Below, piece by piece: positions 33,572-38,707 of a stretch of DNA of 38,707 nucleotides. Within the stretch, counting starts at the first letter, position 1, and every line of letters starts with the position of its first letter. The translations under genes and the position numbers were made by a program. Source of the stretch: Candidatus Limnocylindrus sp. Lineage in GTDB: Bacteria; Chloroflexota; Limnocylindria; Limnocylindrales; Limnocylindraceae. The notes under the pieces are model-generated. The model was not told the DNA's origin and did no database searches. It was given only the letters and a program-made list of their open reading frames with translations. Location of the stretch: positions 1 through 38,707 of the forward strand of contig JBJSXZ010000152.1 in assembly GCA_046086645.1 (NCBI GenBank), written 5' to 3'.

Positions 33572-36072
33572 ACGAGCGTGAGATGAACGACGACCTCGAG
33601 CTTGAGTTGGACGAGGTCGAGCAGCTCGAAATTGACGAGGCGGTCGAGGCCGCCGAAGAGGATGGCTCCATTGTGCCAACCGGTTCAGGAAGCTTCCCGC
33701 TTGTTCCACTTCGCGAGATCGTGATCTTCCCCGAGATGGTTGCGCCACTCAAGGTCGGACGCGATAAGAGCGTTGCAGCAATTCGTGCCGCAGTTGAGAC
33801 CGGAGGTTGGCTCGCACTTGTCACACAGCGTGAGCCTGAGCAAGAACAGGTTGACGGCATTGAGCAATTGCACCGCATGGGCACGCTTGCAAAGATCGCT
33901 CAGGTGGTAAACCTTCCGGACGGCACACTACGCGCTGTTGTCCAGGGCCAGAAGCGCATTGCCGTTCGCGGGCTCGATACGTCAGGCAGCTATCTTGCAT
34001 TGAAGGCTGAAATCGTCGAGGCGCCGCACGCTGAGGGCGTCGAGGTAGAGGCGCTCATGAAGACCATCCAGACGCAGGTCGAGACCTACGTGACCTCCGG
34101 CGCACCGGTGCCGCCTGAAGCGGCTGTTGCCGCAAAAAACATCAGTGATCCTGGCCTTCTTGCAGACATGACCGCCTATACGCCCGATATGACCACGGAG
34201 CAGCGACAGGAGCTGCTTGAGACGATCGATGTTGTCGACCGCCTGAAGTATGTCTCCGCCTTCCTGGCACGTCAGATTGAGATCCTTGAGATCAAGGGTC
34301 GCATCCAGTCTGAAGTGAAATCAGAGATGGATAAAGGCCAGCGAGAATACTTCTTGCGCGAACAGATGAAGGCGATCCAGCGCGAACTCGGCGAAGACGA
34401 CCCGCAACAGGCAGAGGCAAACGAGTTGCGCGAGAAGGTCGAAGCGTCAGGCATGCCGGCCGAGACGAAGTCGCGCGCACTGAAGGAGCTCGACCGGATG
34501 AGCCGGATCCCGTCTGCCTCGCCAGAGGTTGGCGTCATCCGCACCTATGTCGACTGGCTGATCTCCATGCCGTGGAACGAAGCAACCGAGGATCAGTTGA
34601 ACATTGCGGGTGCCGCAAAGGTGCTGAACGAGGATCACTACGGACTCGAGAAGGTGAAAGAGCGAATCGTCGAGTACCTCGCGGTGCGCAAGTTGGCGCC
34701 GCAGGTGAAGAGCCCGATCCTCTGCTTCGCGGGGCCTCCTGGTGTTGGGAAAACTTCACTCGGTAAGTCGATTGCCCGAGCGATGGGACGGAAATTTGTC
34801 CGAATGAGCCTCGGTGGACTTCATGACGAGGCAGAGATCCGCGGCCACCGACGCACCTACATTGGCGCGCTTCCTGGTCGTATCGTGCAGGGAATCAAGC
34901 AGGCGGGAACGAAAAACCCTGTCTTCATGCTCGATGAGATCGACAAGCTCGGCGCGGACTTCCGCGGCGATCCATCATCGGCACTCCTTGAGGTGCTCGA
35001 TCCGGAGCAGAACTCTACCTATCAAGACAATTATCTCGAGGTGGAGTTCGATCTTTCGCAGGTGCTCTTCGTTGCAACTGCGAATCAACTCGACACAATC
35101 CCTGCGCCGCTCCGCGATCGCATGGAGATTATTCAGATCCCTGGATACACCGAAGTCGAGAAGGTAGAGATTGCAAAGCGCTACATCATCCCCAAGCAGC
35201 GAGAGAATCACGGCTTGGTGGATTCGCAGGTAACGATCCCCGATGAGACGCTCGTGCACCTGATTCGACACTACACGCGCGAAGCTGGTGTTCGCAACGC
35301 TGAACGCGAGATCGCCACGCTCATGCGCAAGGTTGCACGAAGCGTTGCAGAGAAAAAGTCGCGCAAGGGTGTCGTTGATCTAAAGAAGATGGCGGCCTGG
35401 CTTGGCCCGGAGCGCCACGAATACGGCGAGATGGATACCGATGACCAGATCGGCTCGGCGATTGGGCTTGTTGTAACCCCAACGGGCGGTGACGTTGTCG
35501 CAGTCGAGGTGGGTGTCATGGATGGCCGTGAGGAATTGATCCTTACTGGGCAGTTGGGCGACGTGATGAAAGAGTCGGCGCGAGCCGCGCTGACCTGGAT
35601 CAAGTCGCACGGTGCCGAGCTGGGAATCCCGGCGGAACGCTTCGAAAAGACTGGGCTCCACATCCACGTACCGGCTGGTGCGATCCCGAAGGATGGGCCT
35701 TCGGCTGGGGTGACGATGGCGACGGCGATCGTCTCAGCGCTCACGGGCATCCCAGTGCGAAAAGACGTGGCAATGACCGGCGAGATCACCCTGCGCGGGC
35801 GAGTGCTCCCGATCGGCGGGCTGAAGAGCAAGGCGCTCGCCGCGCATGCTTCTGGTGCTCGCATCGTGCTCATTCCGAAAAAGAACGAGAAGGATCTTCA
35901 GGAAGTTCCGGAAGAGATTCGGAAGGCCTTGAAGATCATCCCGGTCGACACGATCGGCCAGGTCCTCGAGCACGCGCTGCGACGCAAGCCACGGCCACTG
36001 CCAGCAACCGCGAGCCCGGTACGGCCGCGGATCGCCGTTCGCGCACCTGGGGGGCACGTACGACCGAGCTAG
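33568..36072 (+). CDS. lon: ATP-dependent Lon protease (LonA)
   Basis: 834 aa with a LON N-domain, Walker A GPPGVGKTS, Walker B MLDEIDK and the protease motif PKDGPSAGV with catalytic Ser. Confidence 0.97.
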   Translation: MNEREMNDDLELELDEVEQLEIDEAVEAAEEDGSIVPTGSGSFPLVPLREIVIFPEMVAPLKVGRDKSVAAIRAAVETGGWLALVTQREPEQEQVDGIEQLHRMGTLAKIAQVVNLPDGTLRAVVQGQKRIAVRGLDTSGSYLALKAEIVEAPHAEGVEVEALMKTIQTQVETYVTSGAPVPPEAAVAAKNISDPGLLADMTAYTPDMTTEQRQELLETIDVVDRLKYVSAFLARQIEILEIKGRIQSEVKSEMDKGQREYFLREQMKAIQRELGEDDPQQAEANELREKVEASGMPAETKSRALKELDRMSRIPSASPEVGVIRTYVDWLISMPWNEATEDQLNIAGAAKVLNEDHYGLEKVKERIVEYLAVRKLAPQVKSPILCFAGPPGVGKTSLGKSIARAMGRKFVRMSLGGLHDEAEIRGHRRTYIGALPGRIVQGIKQAGTKNPVFMLDEIDKLGADFRGDPSSALLEVLDPEQNSTYQDNYLEVEFDLSQVLFVATANQLDTIPAPLRDRMEIIQIPGYTEVEKVEIAKRYIIPKQRENHGLVDSQVTIPDETLVHLIRHYTREAGVRNAEREIATLMRKVARSVAEKKSRKGVVDLKKMAAWLGPERHEYGEMDTDDQIGSAIGLVVTPTGGDVVAVEVGVMDGREELILTGQLGDVMKESARAALTWIKSHGAELGIPAERFEKTGLHIHVPAGAIPKDGPSAGVTMATAIVSALTGIPVRKDVAMTGEITLRGRVLPIGGLKSKALAAHASGARIVLIPKKNEKDLQEVPEEIRKALKIIPVDTIGQVLEHALRRKPRPLPATASPVRPRIAVRAPGGHVRPS

Positions 36073-36098
36073 ACGCACTCGAACGACTGACAGAGCGG

Positions 36099-36791
36099 GT
36101 GAGAACAGCGCTCGTACGTGACGAGCATGGAATGCTCGCGCCGCTCCCGATTGCACTTCCGGCGGCCCTAACGCCGCGCGTCTTGCCCAACCTCGTAGCG
36201 GTTCCGCATACGCCACCAGTTGGTCGCACGCTACGTCGCGCCGTTGTTACCGCACTTCTTGTTCCGCCTACCGCACGCAGTTCGTGCAACAGCATCGGCG
36301 GCGGAAGTGGCAGCGATATTCATCCATACGAGTGCCAGGTGTTGCTCATTGAGCGCACAGATGGTGGCGTCCATGGCGGCCAAGTTGCGCTCCCAGGTGG
36401 CAAGGCCGAGCCAGGAGAAACTCCAATGCAGACAGCGATTCGCGAACTTCATGAGGAGCTCGGGTTTGACGCTGGTGATGCTGCGCAGGGGATCACCTTT
36501 GTCGGCTCACTCGACGCAGCGTATGTGCCGACGAGTGATTACAGCGTAGAAGTTCTCATTGCCATCGCACCACGTGTTCCAGTGATCGTTCCTGATCCGA
36601 GTGAGGTTGCCGGGACTCTTGGGGCAGAACTCGGATTATTTGATCCACGACTTCCAATCCTTGAGGTGGATGCGATTGAGCGTGGGGTTTCACTTCGCTA
36701 TGGCACGATCACACTTCCTGGAAATCGACGTGCATGGGGGCTGACTGCGCGACTCTTGTGTGAGCTTGCTGCGCGCTGTGCTGCGGCGTAG
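36099..36791 (+). CDS. NUDIX hydrolase (CoA pyrophosphatase-like)
   Basis: Nudix box GGKAEPGETPMQTAIRELHEELG. The GTG start is uncertain. Confidence 0.8.
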   Translation: MRTALVRDEHGMLAPLPIALPAALTPRVLPNLVAVPHTPPVGRTLRRAVVTALLVPPTARSSCNSIGGGSGSDIHPYECQVLLIERTDGGVHGGQVALPGGKAEPGETPMQTAIRELHEELGFDAGDAAQGITFVGSLDAAYVPTSDYSVEVLIAIAPRVPVIVPDPSEVAGTLGAELGLFDPRLPILEVDAIERGVSLRYGTITLPGNRRAWGLTARLLCELAARCAAA

Positions 36792-36804
36792 TCTTGCGGT
36801 TCGA

Positions 36805-37989
36805 TTAGCCCTTGCGTTGTCGGGGGCCGGGCGGTAGCGGGATTGGCGCAGAGTAGCCGCTCGGGAGTCGACCCTCATCTGCAAGCCGTCGGATCACGAA
36901 GCCGTAGTACTCTTCGACCGATGCGCCGACATGTTCCCAGCTGAACAGTTCCGAGCGCTCTACACCTGATTTCGAAAGTTGTGCGCGAAGATCTTGATCC
37001 TCAATGAGACGACGTAGCGCATCGGCGAGTGCCTCTGAGTCGCCTGGCGGGACCAGGAGGGCCTCGCGGTCGCGACGCACCACCGCTCGGTATCCGTGAA
37101 TATCGGAGCAGATGATGGGTGCGCCGGCAGACATCGCCTCAAGCAGCACGATGCCGAACGACTCACGGCCGGTTGCCGGTGACACGTAGATGTCGGCCGT
37201 CTTGAACAGTTGGCGCTTCTCCCCTTCGGACACGCGGCCAAGAAACTCGACATTGTCGAGTTGGCGCGTAAGCACATAGCGCCGTGCTTCGCGCTCGCCC
37301 GGTCCTGTACCAGCAATCAGAAGGCGAGATGGGACGCCATCAATCTGCAACTTGCGAAATGCTCGGAGGAGGTGAATGAGTCCCTTGCGCGACTCCATGC
37401 GTCCAACAAAGAAGATGTTCGGTACGCCATCGCGATAGCGAGCAATTGGTACGGCGCGCTGGTAGCTGAGTGGGTCAACACCGTTTGGCAGGATCTTGTA
37501 CTCGCCTGGAAAGTAGCGACTGATGAAATGCCGCGCTGCAGAGCTCACGGCGATGCGCCCGTGAAGTTTTGCTGCGTAGTGACCGAGTGCGCGCTTACCA
37601 AACTCGTAGCTTGCGGAGAGGCCACCAAACGCATGGAAGGTGCCCACGTTCACGGATGTTGATACGCTCAGCGTCACAAGGCTAAGGAACGGAACAAACG
37701 GCTCGTGGAAGTGCAAGACGTCGAATCGCTCGCGCTCCAAGAGTTGGCGCATCTGACTCAGATACGTTGGGCTGAGTGTGATCGTCCCCATTGATCCATT
37801 GAACGGGACGCTGAACCCCTTCCCGATACGAATCACATCGCCTTCAGAGGCACGCTGCACACCGTGGCTACTCGTGATGATCCGCACGTCGTGACCGCGG
37901 GAACGAAGGACGCGGTAGAGGTTGCCTACATGATCGTTGACGCCGCCTGGCATCGGATAGGCGTACGGGGTGATCAAGCCAATCTTCAT
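36805..37989 (-). CDS. GT4 glycosyltransferase, PimA-like
   Basis: MKIGLITPYAYPMPGGVNDHV is a typical GT4/PimA N-terminus. The C-terminus has an E-x7-E region (ESFGIVLLEAMSAG). Confidence 0.85.
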   Translation of the reverse strand: MKIGLITPYAYPMPGGVNDHVGNLYRVLRSRGHDVRIITSSHGVQRASEGDVIRIGKGFSVPFNGSMGTITLSPTYLSQMRQLLERERFDVLHFHEPFVPFLSLVTLSVSTSVNVGTFHAFGGLSASYEFGKRALGHYAAKLHGRIAVSSAARHFISRYFPGEYKILPNGVDPLSYQRAVPIARYRDGVPNIFFVGRMESRKGLIHLLRAFRKLQIDGVPSRLLIAGTGPGEREARRYVLTRQLDNVEFLGRVSEGEKRQLFKTADIYVSPATGRESFGIVLLEAMSAGAPIICSDIHGYRAVVRRDREALLVPPGDSEALADALRRLIEDQDLRAQLSKSGVERSELFSWEHVGASVEEYYGFVIRRLADEGRLPSGYSAPIPLPPGPRQRKG

Positions 37990-38707
37990 TGCTGCTCCCC
38001 CTTCTCCTTCTCGTGCTCGCGCAGGTGCGCACGTGGATCGTAAACGGCAGGGCGCTGGCGACTCCCTGGGTAGCCGAGGTCACGCCCTTGGCGTGCGCCG
38101 CCGAGGCTCCAGACCGGACGGGTGAGTCCGGCGAGGTCTTGGCCAAGCCCGATCAGGTTGCGCAGCATCTGGCGCCCGAAGATGCTCGGGCTCTCCATGA
38201 GCGCGTGGTCGGTGCCGCCTCCGAACTCGATTGTGCGCTCGAGGATCGCGGCGCGAAGGTCGGCTGCCCCGCGCCCAGGAAAGGTACTCCAGACGCGCCC
38301 GATCGCCTCAACCACGTGGGCATCTGATGCGCCGATGCCGAGGATCCCTAACTCCGCAGCGAGCCGCTGAACCCGTGCCCGTGGGTAGGTGCCGAAGATC
38401 GTCGGGTTGAAGATCTCGATCGCGTCGGGCCGACAGGCAGGGTCTCGGTCGTTCGCAACGGAGCGAAGTGTCCCCTCTTGCGTACAGAGAAAGTGCGGAA
38501 AGAGCGGGTGAGCTGAGATCGCGATCCCTCCCTGCTCATGCACCTCGGCGATCGTGCGACGGAGTGAGCGCAGTGGTTTGACTCGTTCCTTGAGGAAGAG
38601 TGCAACGAGATGCCCTTGCAGCGTTGAGATCTCCTCGCCAACGACAACCTCGACGTGAAGGCTGCTGGCGACCGCCATCGCCTGCGCCGCCTGTGCTGCG
38701 TCGATTC
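37986..38707 (-). CDS. PHP-domain metal-dependent phosphoesterase (N-terminus beyond the right edge)
   Basis: The track ORF starts at 38678, but the frame stays open to the window end (...IDAAQAAQAMAVAS...). Motifs are EISTLQGHLVALF, ISAHP and GASDAH. ATGA overlap with the GT4 gene. Confidence 0.75.
   Translation of the reverse strand, partial: IDAAQAAQAMAVASSLHVEVVVGEEISTLQGHLVALFLKERVKPLRSLRRTIAEVHEQGGIAISAHPLFPHFLCTQEGTLRSVANDRDPACRPDAIEIFNPTIFGTYPRARVQRLAAELGILGIGASDAHVVEAIGRVWSTFPGRGAADLRAAILERTIEFGGGTDHALMESPSIFGRQMLRNLIGLGQDLAGLTRPVWSLGGARQGRDLGYPGSRQRPAVYDPRAHLREHEKEKGEQQ

Overview
High-GC (visibly about 60-70% over most of the window) bacterial chromosomal segment. Gene content suggests an Actinomycetota/Chloroflexota-like lineage: Cheo-type LexA boxes, HspR, a SARP-type regulator, VKOR-DsbA, a PimA-like GT4, an LmbE/MshB-like deacetylase and likely leaderless genes. 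I call about 44 CDS and 2 tRNAs (Asp-GTC, Arg-CCG). I see no rRNA, CRISPR array, transposase or integrase.

Gene order:
- fhs(partial)<folD<fchA<orf105
- [double LexA operator]
- rplI>dinB> <NodB deacetylase [LexA box] lexA>
- [DnaA-box cluster] dnaB> MFS> <Rieske oxygenase
- MalT-like/SARP regulator> <VKOR<DsbA
- [Fur-family palindrome] zur-znuACB> <PIG-L deacetylase
- SDR> <small membrane protein <PNPOx-like <tRNA-Asp
- ltaE> hisA-like> eamA> two cyclophilins> tRNA-Arg> hypothetical>
- <DUF1524-like secreted nuclease <acyl-ACP thioesterase <hypothetical <holB <NYN protein
- <membrane protein <hpt
- csoR> rsmG> APC permease> hspR-lon> nudix> <GT4 <PHP(partial)

The best candidate for something undescribed is the SOS node at 2.2-5.3 kb. 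An uncharacterised 105-aa protein sits behind a tandem pair of perfect GAAC-N4-GTTC boxes. It faces rplI-dinB and lies upstream of a folate one-carbon operon. A lexA gene follows whose divergent partner is a membrane-anchored NodB deacetylase, the position held by yneA/chiZ/divS in other Gram-positives.

Secondary observations:
- dinB and rsmG have conserved N-termini that extend upstream of any ATG/GTG/TTG.
- lexA, zur and hspR share a -10-like hexamer, 6 nt, then ATG, which suggests leaderless transcripts.
- A 16-nt inverted copy of the tRNA-Arg 3' end lies 5.7 kb away.
- One regulator carries a MalT-type NTPase N-terminal to a SARP wHTH-BTAD.
- A nuclease-like hypothetical is translationally coupled to holB.

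All functional calls come from reading the translated ORFs by eye. No database search was run.
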